A model generated the notes under the pieces. It was not told where the DNA came from, searched no databases, and saw only the letters and a program-made list of their open reading frames with translations. Position numbers and translations under genes: made by a program. 64,000 nucleotides of DNA from Octopus vulgaris (lineage: Eukaryota): assembly GCA_951406725.2 (NCBI GenBank), contig OX597815.1, forward strand, positions 199,392,001-199,456,000, read 5' to 3'. Positions 13,803 to 26,583 of the stretch are shown here, in pieces (position 1 is the first letter of the stretch; the number at the start of each line of letters is the position of its first letter).

Positions 13803-14174
13803 GTATGTTTATATTAAAAGAAGAAAAAAAAAGGTATTAAACCCCCCCCCCCCTCTTTGTATAAATGGATGCAGATATAGCCATGTTGAGAAATTCGCTT
13901 TTGCCAATATGATGTTTGAGATTCGATTCCACTGCACGTCACTTTCAATCATTAAAAAGCCTGGTAAATGAAATTTGGTAGACGGAAATTGTGCAGAAGC
14001 TTCCATACTGCAGATGTGTGTTGTGCGTGTGTGTCTGTGTGTATCGGTGTGTGTTTATATTTGTATGTATGTATATATTTATATATGTCTTTATTTATTA
14101 AGCTTTATTATTAAGCTTCGATACTCTGTGTGTTTGTGTGTGTGTATATATATATATATATATTTATATATATG

Positions 14175-14238
<64 letters not shown>

Positions 14239-14239
14239 T

Positions 14240-15018
14240 AAAAGGAATTCCAACCTTGTCTGATTTTCACGTTTTATTTACAATCTTATAATGATATAAG
14301 ATAATATAATATAATAAAATAAAATAAAATAATAGAATGTTAAATGTTCATTCTGATTGAGCTAGTACTTTCACGCATTAAATTCTGCAATCTTCAGGTT
14401 CATGTAGTAGTGGTGACAGTCATGCTTCACAATTTTTGACTGTAGCGAGATGATTGAATATGTGCCTTAAATACAGCTGTGTAGGCTCCAGATTGCTAGG
14501 TTTTGCAAACTGTATTCTGGCCAATCAGTGTGTAGTATCACTCAATTACTTAAGCTGATTGGTTGGTTGAGCTGATTGGTTTAGGCGTCACGCTTTGTTG
14601 GACATGTCAAGAGTCCTGTATCTTAACCCTGGCCGAAGCAGCAATTTGGGGGCTATTTTTAGAAATGTTGTAAATTGCCTTTGTCAGAGATTTTTATATT
14701 TTTATATTGCAATTGTCATCATCATCATTGTCAGCACCTTAATTATTGTTGCTAGTGGTGATGGTAGTGGCAATAGATCTTTTAACCCTAAATAAGATAA
14801 TTTTCTTGCTATCTAAGTATTATTATTATTGCTTATTTAGCTTGGGTTCGAATTTATCAATAAAATTCTTTTCTCTGATTTTCCTCTCGATTTCATTTGG
14901 ACTGTGTAATTTGTAGAATGGAAATATTATATATATTTTCCGACAACAGATTAGAGACCCAGAGGTCCGTCAGATACCTTTGAGTAACCACCTAGCAACA
15001 TGTGGTCGGAAAATATTT
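14240..15018 (-). mobile_element. Penelope-like element 3' remnant: GIY-YIG C-terminus, 3' region with hammerhead fold, inverted 5' piece
   Basis: Minus 14930-14826 [34 protein letters not shown]; plus 14941-15018 [24 protein letters not shown]; (TA)n on the left flank. Confidence 0.75.
14358..14402 (-). ncRNA. Minimal hammerhead ribozyme (PLE type)
   Basis: UGAAC-CUGAAGA-uuGCA(gaauuuaa)UGCgu-GAA-AGUACU-A|GCUCA; palindromic stem III, one mismatch in stem I. Confidence 0.6.
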
Positions 15019-15100
15019 TTTTTCTCTCTTTGCGTATTTAACTCGTTTGTTTTCGTACTTCATGTTGTTTGCACAGTTGGTGACGTCCTGTATCCATATA

Positions 15101-15144
<44 letters not shown>

Positions 15145-15209
15145 TATATATTATTTTATACACACACACACACATATATATATATATGCTTGCATATACA
15201 TATAGATAT

Positions 15210-15268
<59 letters not shown>

Positions 15269-15272
<4 letters not shown>

Positions 15273-15915
15273 CGCTGAATTCTTCCTCTAGAGAATTTCC
15301 CTTGTAGTTTGATCGTTGATGATCTTCTTCTAGCATTTTGGCCGGCTACCTAGCAGGCCAGCCCTGCCAATATACACATATATTTGAATTTTCTCTGACT
15401 CCTCAGATTTTTTGAATGCTGGACTACTGGTTTTAAATTGATATTAAAATTAATATTAATTTATCTCCCTCAATTTTTAAATATTTAAATAAATACGTTC
15501 CCTAGTTGTAAGCATTACCCGCAGTGAATTATTCACTGCAGCCCTTCGCTTCAGGAGTCTCTTAGCGCGCCAGAGCCAAGACATTTGAAATTTTATTCCC
15601 GATGTAATCAGTAAGACTAAGCACGTGTCTGTCTTGACACAGAGAGCTGGGGTTAGTCTTGCGGTTTGCATCTCGAGGACCGAATGTACTGATGAAGTCA
15701 CGGACAATTGAATTATGCAAGTAATTCTTTTGTTAAGACCGAAACCGAGGTATGCATTTAAGTCTGTTTTTTATTTAATTTTTCATATGTCCTGCCCGCC
15801 AAATTTGGTTCTGGTGTTCGCTGAATTCTTCCTCTAGAGAATTTCCCTTGTAGTTTGATCGTTGATGATCTTCTTCTAGCATTCTGGCCGGCTACCTAGC
15901 AGGCCAGCCCTGCCA

Positions 15916-15921
<6 letters not shown>
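15269..15921 (+). mobile_element. Non-autonomous hammerhead-bearing element (retrozyme/PLE-pLTR-like), 546-bp unit plus 107-bp direct repeat
   Basis: 15269-15375 nearly identical to 15815-15921; (TA)n on both sides; no credible ORF. Confidence 0.75.
15682..15759 (+). ncRNA. Type I hammerhead ribozyme
   Basis: Stem I GAAUGUA/UGCAUUU, CUGAUGA, long stem II (GUC..GAAUUA/UAAUUC..GAC), GAAA, stem III ACC-GA-GGU, predicted cleavage GUA after 15752. Confidence 0.75.
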
Positions 15922-15956
<35 letters not shown>

Positions 15957-15960
<4 letters not shown>

Positions 15961-16165
15961 ATCCAAACAAGAAAGCACAAAAAAACATAACAACGCGAGG
16001 ACGTGGAACAAATATAGTATTATTGGACGCTCAGGAAAGAAGGAAAGAAAGAGAGTTTAACGTTTCGAGCGGAGCTCATCGTCGGAAACATAGGAGAAGG
16101 AAAGATCCAGAGAAGGGAAGACAGAGGGAAAAAAATCGCCAACGGTACACACGAGGTCACATATA
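15957..16165 (-). mobile_element. ~200-bp TA-embedded element with degenerate hammerhead fold
   Basis: Minus GUUU-CCGACGA-U-GAGC(ucc)GCUC-GAAA-CG-UU|AAAC at 16089-16055; related to 31050-31225, 34030-34215, 54010-54150. Confidence 0.6.
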
Positions 16166-16222
16166 TACAAGCATATATATATATGCTTGTATATACATCC
16201 CACTTCTGACAGATTGTTTTGT

Positions 16223-16435
16223 AGAGGCGCAATGGCCTAGTGGTTAGGGCAGCGGACTCGCGGTCGCAGGATCGCGGTTTCGATTCTCAGACCGGGCGTT
16301 GTGTGTGTTTATTGAGCGAAAACACCTAAAAGCTCTACGAGGCTCCGGCAGCGGGTGGTGGTGATCCCTGCTGTACTCTTTCACCACAATGGCGGTGCCC
16401 CAGGATGGCCACAGCTCAAGAGCTGAAACTGGAAA
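16223..16435 (+). mobile_element. SINE family C (tRNA-Arg-like head) joined to a family-A-like 3' tail
   Basis: TGGCCTAGTGG A-box, GGACTCGCGGTC anticodon-like arm, GTTTCGATTC B-box; tail GGCGGTGCCCCAGGATGGCCACAGCTCAAGAGCTGAAAC. Confidence 0.75.
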
Positions 16436-16471
16436 AACAAACAAACAAAACAAAACAAAACATATAGATAT

Positions 16472-16548
<77 letters not shown>

Positions 16549-16955
16549 CGCGTGTGTGTATGTATCTATGTATGTGTGTATTTATAAAACTGAAACAGCG
16601 AGACTGCTTGCGATTCAAACCGTGAGTAGTTTTGAGTATATAATAAATAAAACTTTTAGATGACACGGTTAAACGATGGAGCTTTCACCATTCATTGAGA
16701 GAAATTTAATCGACTAATCTATGAGCATTAAGTTTCGTTGAAGCTATCTTGTGAAATCATTTTCTCGCCACCATCGTCGCTGTTCGTGGAATTGCGTCTG
16801 TATAAGACTGACCTTTTTTTACTTGGAGGTCTAAAGTTGATTATGAGTTTTAATTAACTGGAACAACGACAAAATATATGTGGGGACAATTTTAATTATG
16901 TATATAAATATATACATATATGTATGTATATATTTATATGTATATATATATCTAC

Positions 16956-17040
<85 letters not shown>

Positions 17041-17304
17041 GCGCACGTATATATGCACATATATAGACATATACAGGCACACATATGCATATATATATAT
17101 ATATATATATACATATATATACATATATATACACTCGCACACACACACACACATATACATATATACACACCCATATATATGTATAAACATATATGTACAT
17201 ATATATATATATATTCACAGATACATGCACACACACGCACACACATATATACATATATATGTGTGTGTGTGTGTACATATGTACACACCCATATATATGT
17301 ATAA

Positions 17305-17400
<96 letters not shown>

Positions 17401-17402
17401 CC

Positions 17403-17820
17403 GCAGGCGTAGCTCTGTATTTAGAAGTATTGTTTCTGGCCACATGGTTCCTAGTTCAGTCCCACTGCGTAGCACTTTAGACAATTGTCTTCTACGATAA
17501 CCTCGGGTCAATATTATTGCAGCCGACATTTCTACTATGGTAATAGTTATTGTGAGTGAATTTGGTAGACGGAAACTGAAAGAAGCCCGACATATATAAA
17601 TGTGTGTGTGAGTGTGTTTGTGTCTGTGTTTGTACCTCACTACCACATGATAACCGGTGTTGGTGTTTACATTCCCGTAACATAGCGGTTCGGTGAAGAA
17701 GAATAAGTACCAGGCTTAATTAGTGCTGGAATTGATTAGTTTAATTAAGATTCTTCGAGGAGGTAGCTCAGTATGGCCTAAGTCTAATGACTGCACAGGT
17801 AAAAGATAGAAAAAGGAGAA
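17403..17820 (+). mobile_element. Older diverged SINE A
   Basis: Similarity to family A. Confidence 0.75.
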
Positions 17821-17937
17821 TAAAAAAGATATACTAGTATACCCATGTCGTAAAAAAATGTTATTTTATGAGAAATTATCTGAAATTAGTATTTAATAAA
17901 TGCATCCACGTTCCATAAATTTGATATTATAGAAAGA

Positions 17938-18379
17938 CTAGCTATTTTGACCCGTGCTTCGCTCGGGTTTTGGTGGTGGTGTTGTCTCCTTCTCCCGTTC
18001 TTCTTTTATTCGTCTTCTTTGCCTGGTTCTTTTTATTGCCCTCTTCTTTACCCTCCCCCCCTTCTTCCAAAATCCCCCAAATTTTTAAACCCACAATTAA
18101 AGATAACCCCCTCTAGCCCCTGCAGCACCACGAAAAGTCACCATTGTTCAAACAGCGCAAACCTGTCTATCCCATAAAACTCAATTTTACCCATATGCCT
18201 CACCATGGCAACCAAACGGTAGCCCCGAGCGACTTGCAACACTCCTCACACCATTGCGCACCCCATTTTACCCTCCAGTGTAAATTTTGGCGCCAATCCG
18301 ACCCCATCTACTCTCCCATCCCAAAATGTGACAAACAACCAAGAAATCAAACAACTTTTTCATATTTCAGCTTTATAGA
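17938..18379 (-). mobile_element. Non-autonomous Helitron
   Basis: Minus strand A|TC start, subterminal hairpin CCCGAGCGAAGCACGGG, CTAG|T end, no TSD. Confidence 0.7.
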
Positions 18380-18974
18380 TATTGATTATTTATTTGTTCC
18401 GTAAAACTACTAAAAAAAGATTGGATCCAAATGATAATTATGTACGGGGGAAAGTGTTACATAAATTGTGTTGATTTTTATTGAAGAATAACTAATAAAA
18501 TTATTATTTCATATTTGAAGACAGCAATGTCAGAAATAAACGTAATATATACCAAAAGTAGTTCATATTTATGACATATGCCAAGGAATGTAGAGAGAGA
18601 TTTGCGAAGTTTACTACCTACTGATATTTTGGCCCATGTGTGAATGATATCACTGATAAAATCCTTTCGATATCCGCGGCCCTGAAAGGAGTATAAATCG
18701 CGGTCCATTTCATTGGGTGAATCAGTGAATGTGAGAAAATTTACCTAAAGAGACTGCCGTAAGCAAATATAATGAAAATCTTTAGAGGCTCTGGATATGT
18801 GTATGTGTCCAAGTGTGCACGCAGACGTGTGTGTATGTATGTATATATGTATATATGTATGCATGTATATCAAGATATCTATCTATCTATCTATATATTT
18901 ATATATGTAGGTCCCGGGTTGAGTCGGGGTTAACCGCAGTAAATAAGGTACTCAATACATAGCAGAGTAAATTA

Positions 18975-19101
18975 ATTTATTTTATAGAAGGAGTTTACAG
19001 GACTAGAACTGTTTCATTCAAATGAAATCATCAGGAAGCCTGATGATTTCATTTGAATGAAACAGTTCTAGTCCTGTAGAAGCTCCTTCTATAAAATAAA
19101 T
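18975..19101. repeat. ~60-bp-arm inverted repeat made of two outward-facing hammerhead cores
   Basis: Arms 18975-19035 and 19039-19101, loop AAG; each arm CUGAUGA-uUUC(auuu)GAAu-GAA-ACAG(uucuaguc)CUGU-A. Confidence 0.85.
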
Positions 19102-19102
19102 A

Positions 19103-19166
<64 letters not shown>

Positions 19167-19276
19167 ATGGGCCTTGGTGTCCAAATCCTGAATTGAAATA
19201 TTTCGCCAGGTGGTGTTATTGAGTTAGACATGGCCTGGGCCAATACTGGCCAAAACCTTTCTAAGTTATTCTATAT

Positions 19277-19314
<38 letters not shown>

Positions 19315-19514
19315 ATATACATACATACATACACAAAAACGCTCTCATACTACACATGCAACGAAATGTAGAGCAGGAGATAGAAACTTTCGATGTGTCT
19401 TCCTTCCTTGAAGGAGGCGAACTGCGCGCTCGCTTCGTTAGTTCCATTATTGAACTAAACGGTAAAAAAATGAAATAAACAATAAAAATAAATGAATAGA
19501 GGAACATAGCATCG

Positions 19515-19790
<276 letters not shown>

Positions 19791-20060
19791 AGACATATAT
19801 ATCATCGTATATATATATGCATGTGTGTATGTGCGTGTGAGTGAGTATGTATGTGTGTTCTGTGTGTGTGTGTGTGTGTGTGCGTGTGTGTGTGTGTGTA
19901 TACATATATTCATGCTTACATATATATATATATACATATATGTAAATATTTATATTCATATATGTATATATATATATACATATATATAGACCTATAAACT
20001 AATTACATATCTATTCACATACATCTAATATATATATGTGTGTGTGTATGTATGTATGCA

Positions 20061-20095
<35 letters not shown>

Positions 20096-20117
20096 GAATG
20101 CATGTATGCATACATAC

Positions 20118-20154
<37 letters not shown>

Positions 20155-20511
20155 CGTGTAGGTTATAAACAGACTTGTTTACATGCCTTCCTGCACGGGA
20201 AGTGTAGTGCTTATCAAACAAAGTTGACAATAATGCAAATCTCAAGCGACGAGATGTTGACACAGAATAAAGTGAAAGCAATATAAATTCAATTAAGGTC
20301 ACCTGTTTATATGAACAGATATTGTTTGTTATCTTTCCTTGATTGGATTACATTTTGTCCCGGCAAAAGTATGTATGCATACAAAGCGCCTTTTACCATA
20401 GATACTTATGTATGCGTGTGTGTGGATCTCACAGTATGTATCTATTTATACAGATATGTGTGCGTATATATGTATGCGTGTATTTGTACATGTATCTATG
20501 TATGTATATGT

Positions 20512-20563
<52 letters not shown>

Positions 20564-20975
20564 TGGCGCAGGCATGGCCGTGTGGTAAGAAGCTTGCTTC
20601 CCAAACACATGGTTCCGAGTTTAACCCCTGTGCAGAGCACCTTGGGCAAGTGTCTTCTACTATAGCGGTGGGCGTACCAAAGCCCTTGGGAGTGGATTTT
20701 GGAGACGGAAACTGAAGGAAGACCATCGTGTGTGTGTGTGTATATATATATCCTCTTATTCTTTTACTTGTTTCAGTCACTTGACTGCGGCCATGCTGGA
20801 GCACTACATTTAATCGCGCAAACCGACCCCAGGACTTATTCTTTGTAAGCCAAGTACTTATTCAATCGGTCTGTTTTGCCTAACCGCTAAATAATGAGGA
20901 CGTAAACACACCAACGTCAGTTGACAAGCGATGTTGATGGGATAAACACAGAGGCTAATAGCAAACACACGCATA
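20564..20975. mobile_element. SINE A head half (+) abutting SINE A tail half (-)
   Basis: Similarity to family A in both orientations. Confidence 0.8.
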
Positions 20976-21008
20976 CATACATACATATACATATACATAT
21001 ACATACAT

Positions 21009-21078
<70 letters not shown>

Positions 21079-21242
21079 GGGTTTTGCAAAACGTCGCTTC
21101 ACCACATACCGGAAATTTAGAAATAGAAGTCAAAACCGACTAATCCCTTTAACTACAGATATAACTCCACAGACAGCAATACTTGTAACTCTCATAGGCA
21201 AGCAAGAAGAAAAAATAACGAAAACAAACAGTCAATTGATTA

Positions 21243-21300
21243 ATCATGTACGCGTTTCGGGATTAGAATTGTAAAATTCCCTTCCACTCATCAGCATGAT
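21243..21300 (-). ncRNA. Type I minimal hammerhead ribozyme in a ~440-bp TA-flanked element (21075-21515)
   Basis: AUCAUG-CUGAUGA-G.GGA..GAAUU(uuac)AAUUC..UCC.C-GAA-ACGCGU-A|CAUGAU; perfect 6-bp stem I, canonical core, palindromic stem III. Confidence 0.8.
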
Positions 21301-21909
21301 ATTTCAATATTATAAATTTGAAAATGCTAAACCTGCCCTTTGCATCTTCGACCAAGCGACATCGAAACATAACACAAGATAACCAGCATTTCCGAATTTA
21401 TATAGACGAGTAATTTCGCATCCCTCCATTCAGAATTACCATGTGTGTCACAAGATAGTACCGCAGAATAAACTGCAGTTTGCTATCAGGGAGTGAAAAT
21501 CATCATTTTTACCCTATATATATAATGATAATTTTCACTGCTTCCAGTATAACGGTTTGATTGCTAAGTAGTATTGAGAACGAATGTAGGAGAAATTATA
21601 TAAGGCACAAGTTTATATTATTTTGTCCCCTACGTACGTTTCTCCGTTGTAGCTTGTAATTTCTGATTGGATGTTTCAAGTACAATTAGATGCTTAACCT
21701 CAATAGCTTATCATCTTTATCGTTAGTTGTCATATATATAATGTACTGTTCTGTGACAGAAAATTAAACAAAAAAGTACTCCATCTGGTGAGAGATAAAT
21801 ATTGTTTATTTAAAGGACGCAATACATGTCTTTAAGTGCTATTAATAGTCTCATATGTTGAGAAATATCTCAAACATATTCATAAGGTAGAAATCACATA
21901 TCATAACTA

Positions 21910-22300
<391 letters not shown>

Positions 22301-22542
22301 GTAGGCAATCAGTGTTCAGTTGCTTGCCTCTAAGCTCTGAGTCCAAATCCGCTACAGACCATGCATATATAGGATCCATAAAATAAGTACATGTAGAATA
22401 CTGAGATCAATATACCGTATACCTATATTTCAATTATATTTTCCCCCTCCCTAAATTTAAGGCCTTGTGCATATACTGGAAATCAATATTTACCTGTTGC
22501 TGTGACATAGCAAAATATCGTACAGAATAATTTAGTTACGAC

Positions 22543-22759
22543 AGGCGGCGAGCTGGCAGAATCGATAGAGCGCCTGGCAAAACGCTTAGCGGCATTTCGT
22601 TCACCTTCGTGTTATGAGCTCAAAACACCACCGAGGTCGACTTTCCCTTTCATCCTTTCGAGGCTGATAAAACAAGTACCATTTGAACACCGGGGTCGAT
22701 GTAGTCGACTTAGCCCATCCCCCGAAATTGTGGGCCTTGTGCTAAAATTTGAAATTATT
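22543..22759 (+). mobile_element. SINE B monomer, variant tail
   Basis: 13-bp TSD ATTTAGTTACGAC at 22530-22542 and 22760-22772. Confidence 0.85.
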
Positions 22760-23125
22760 ATTTAGTTACGACCGTTTAAATGCTGAGTGTGAATCCCGTC
22801 AGCGAATACTTTGCCTTTCATCAGATCCGGTAAAAGTTAAATAAAATATGTGCCATTTCAATTTTGATACATAAGGAGTGGTCTGTACTTTGATTAGACA
22901 GGAGATCAGCTGAGAACTTGAGATTTAAGGATTGTCAGTAGCGAACTTTTCACCGCCATCTGCTACGTATTTTCATTGGTATATTATACAGGTGTTTGTT
23001 ACATTATTGCAAGTGTTTGAGTGCATGTGAATATGCGTGCTTGTGTGTGTTTGTGATTACATTCAAATACATATATAAATGCATATGAATACGGTTACGT
23101 ATGTGCATGCCCGTGTGTGTATGAG

Positions 23126-23185
<60 letters not shown>

Positions 23186-23246
23186 CATAAGTACATACAT
23201 ATATACATGCGTATATGCATATATAAATATACACATACATATGTTG

Positions 23247-23600
23247 CACCTTGGGCAAGTGTCTTCTATTATAGCCTCGGGCCGACCAAAGCCTTGTGAG
23301 TGGATTTGGTAGACGGAAACTGAAAGAAGCCCGTCGTATATATTTGTATATATATTTGTGTGTGTGTTTGTGTGTGTGTTTGTGTGTGTCTGTGTTTGTC
23401 CCCCTAGCATTTGCTTGACAACCGATGCTGGTGTGTTTATGTCCCCGTCACTTAGCGGTTCGGCAAAAGAGACCGATAGAATAAGTACTGGGCTTACAAA
23501 AGAATAAGTCCCGGGTTCGAGTTGCTCGACAAAAGGCGGTGCTCCAGCATGGTCGCAGTCAAATGACTGAAACAAGTAAAAGAGTAAAAGAGTAAAGAGT
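23247..23600 (+). mobile_element. 5'-truncated SINE A
   Basis: Similarity; (AGTAAAAG) tail repeats. Confidence 0.85.
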
Positions 23601-23747
23601 AATATCTGTATATGTATGTATATATTCATATATATATATATAAGCATGTATGCGTGTATGTATGTATGTATGTATGTATGTATGTATGTATGTATGTATG
23701 TATGTATGAATGAATGAATATTTGTACGTACATATGTATATGTGTGT

Positions 23748-23830
<83 letters not shown>

Positions 23831-24229
23831 TAAACTATAAAAAAAAGTATTCAAGGCAAAGAAGTATTTTAGAGTTATTTACTGGAAGCCACAACCAAAC
23901 ATTGACTAAAAGGGCCACCTATTTAGAAACCCGTTTTGTCAAAAAAGCTACACGTTTGCATTATGCTATATATACAATAATAATGAAGGACGTTACCGTA
24001 TACATTTTTACAAACCAAGGATGTTATATAGACCGCTTTGACTCAAGTATTATACACAATGTTTAGGTTTTTCGGAGGTACAGCCTCCTTGACAAAATCG
24101 TCAAACAGAAAACCGACTTCAACTAAACAGTGGCACTCTATCCTTTATTTTTCATAGTATCCTTGTGTCCATGTCTTCTCACTGTTTTACGTACTCACAT
24201 GCGCTCGCACGGGCGCAAGTGTATGCATA

Positions 24230-24751
24230 CCGTAAATCCTCGAGTATAGTCCACCCTTGAGTATAATACGCAGGGGAATTTTTAGTGGGCTGTACCTCTG
24301 AAAAACCTAAACCTTGTGTATAACACGCACCCCTTCTCTACCTTGAGTCAAGGCGGTCTACATAACGTCCTTGGTTTGTAAAAATGTATACGATAACGTC
24401 CTTTATTATTATTGTATATATAGCATAATGCAAACGTGTAGCTTTTTTGTGCATTTTGTTTGCAGAAAATAAAGAAATAACAGTAATAACAGTAATAATG
24501 TTTAATATATGTTCTTTATTGCAAGTTATGGATGATCCTTTTATGACTTCATTGCTTTCAGGTTTAGCTTAAGGTATTTTCGCGCCCGACATCACAAAAT
24601 GCGTCTGAATAAACATTGCCGGACAGCAAATAGAGACTCGGACATTGCTTAGAAAATAATTTCCATTTTTAACCTCGTATATAGTACGCACTAGGGATTT
24701 TGACCATTAAATTTTGGGGGGAAAATGCGGATTATACTCGAGGATTTACGG
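24230..24751. mobile_element. Tc1/mariner-pogo-type MITE (522 bp)
   Basis: 19-bp perfect TIR CCGTAAATCCTCGAGTATA, TA on both flanks; inverted fragment of its interior at 23940-24047. Confidence 0.85.
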
Positions 24752-24816
24752 TATTCATATATGTGTGTGTGTGTGTAAACGCACGTACGTGGGTGTGTGT
24801 GCTGTGTTGTGTTGTG

Positions 24817-24862
<46 letters not shown>

Positions 24863-25590
24863 GTGTATGTGTGTGTGACCTCCTATTGACAGTCCAGTCT
24901 GAACACCTTTGTACAGAGATGTCTGTCGTCTCAGCGGTATTAGTAAGCCTTGTTTCATTACTTGTTTGTTTTTTTTTTGTTCTTGTTTTATTTATTTAAT
25001 TATTCATTTATTCATTTATTTTATTAAAGAACAATCTGCTTCAAATGAAGACGCCAAAAACGAAAGAAACAGAGAAACAAAGATGGCGACGAAAGAAACA
25101 GGGAAACAGAGATGGCGACGAAAGAGACGGAGTGGGACGAAAAGGGGGAAGACAGGAAAAAAGAAAACACTAGTAAAAAGTAAGAAAATATTGATAGATA
25201 GAGAGAGAGAGAAAGAGAGGGTAATATAAATAAATGTGAAAGATAAAGAAGTGGGGGGGGTGTTTGTCTGTGAAAACGAAATGGAGACAGAGAGAGAGAT
25301 TAAGTTAATATTTAGTAGGGGGTTAATATGAACCCGCAATAATTTAATTTAATTAAAGCAATAAAATATTTTAGCCTCATTTTTAAAACAAAAAAAAAAG
25401 ATGTTTTTTTTTTTAATATTGTATTGGTTAATAAAAGAAAATAGAATAAATAGATTGTCAGTGATAATGATGCATATAAATATATTCTATCGATTAATTA
25501 TTAAAATAGTTTAGAAAATAAATTTAATTAAGTAATGATTTTTCACGCAGAGCGTCGCTACGTATTCGGTTGTTCGGGTGTACAGAAGGG

Positions 25591-25630
<40 letters not shown>

Positions 25631-25708
25631 TTTATATATGTATATATACATATATATATATACATAATACACACACATATATATACATATATATATATTC
25701 ATATATAC

Positions 25709-25793
<85 letters not shown>

Positions 25794-25919
25794 ATCGATT
25801 GGAATTTACTGCAGTATATTTTATTTTAGTGACTGAACAAATACCCACCCACCCCACCCTACACCACTGCGACCACCCGGGGGTGGGGAGGACGCGGTAT
25901 GAACTGAGCTTCTTTATAG

Positions 25920-26570
25920 TTACTCGGGTATCAGACATAACAGCCAAATCGTTCGCAAACCATATGCCCCTGCCGGCTTTTAAGAAGTGGTCGCGTTCGA
26001 TGTGGTACTGCGTTCACAGCAGATAAGGAAAAGAAGAGATGGTCATTGCCGGACTGCCTTTGATCAAATTCTACTCAATTTGCATTGACGAATGCAAATC
26101 GGTTGATAGTAATTGAGCCTCTACATGGTCATTACACATGCTAGATATAGTAGCCAAAATTCCAGCAAATCTTTCTATCATCATTAAAAGGTCACATCAC
26201 ATAAATCGATTCTATATTCCCTGCATAAAAGAGAAAGGTGCAATGGTCGTGGCTGGAATGTCTTCAGATATAGGTCTGCTCAATGTGGTTTGACCTGGGA
26301 CTAAACAACAACTCGGAGGGTAGCAAGTGCACCTCTATAAGATCGATCCACATGCTAGATGTAGCAACGAAATCGTCCCTTGAATTACATCTTACCTTTT
26401 TAAATTGAGAATACAATAGCTAATACAATACTAGATAATCTTAGAGCTCACCTGTGGCTAAGTAACAACGCCAACATCTCAGACGTTACGTGAATCACTG
26501 TGTGGACACTCGATCTACAAGATATAGCAACCAAATCTCAATTAAAGGACACACTTGCGTCTTGAACTAT
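25920..26570 (+). repeat. Old interspersed repeat, several degenerate copies
   Basis: CATGCTAGAT.TAG.A.C.AAA motif and ATGGTC.TGGCTGGAATG...CTAAACAACAAC recur here and at ~46630-46860; reverse copies at ~11020-11300 and ~53360-53545. Confidence 0.5.
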
Positions 26571-26583
26571 GAAAAAAATCGTC

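Noticed and set aside
25079-25125. Paired AGATGGCGACGAAAGA (YY1-like) motifs as a promoter
   Set aside because: Short local duplication in low-complexity purine sequence; no other promoter evidence.
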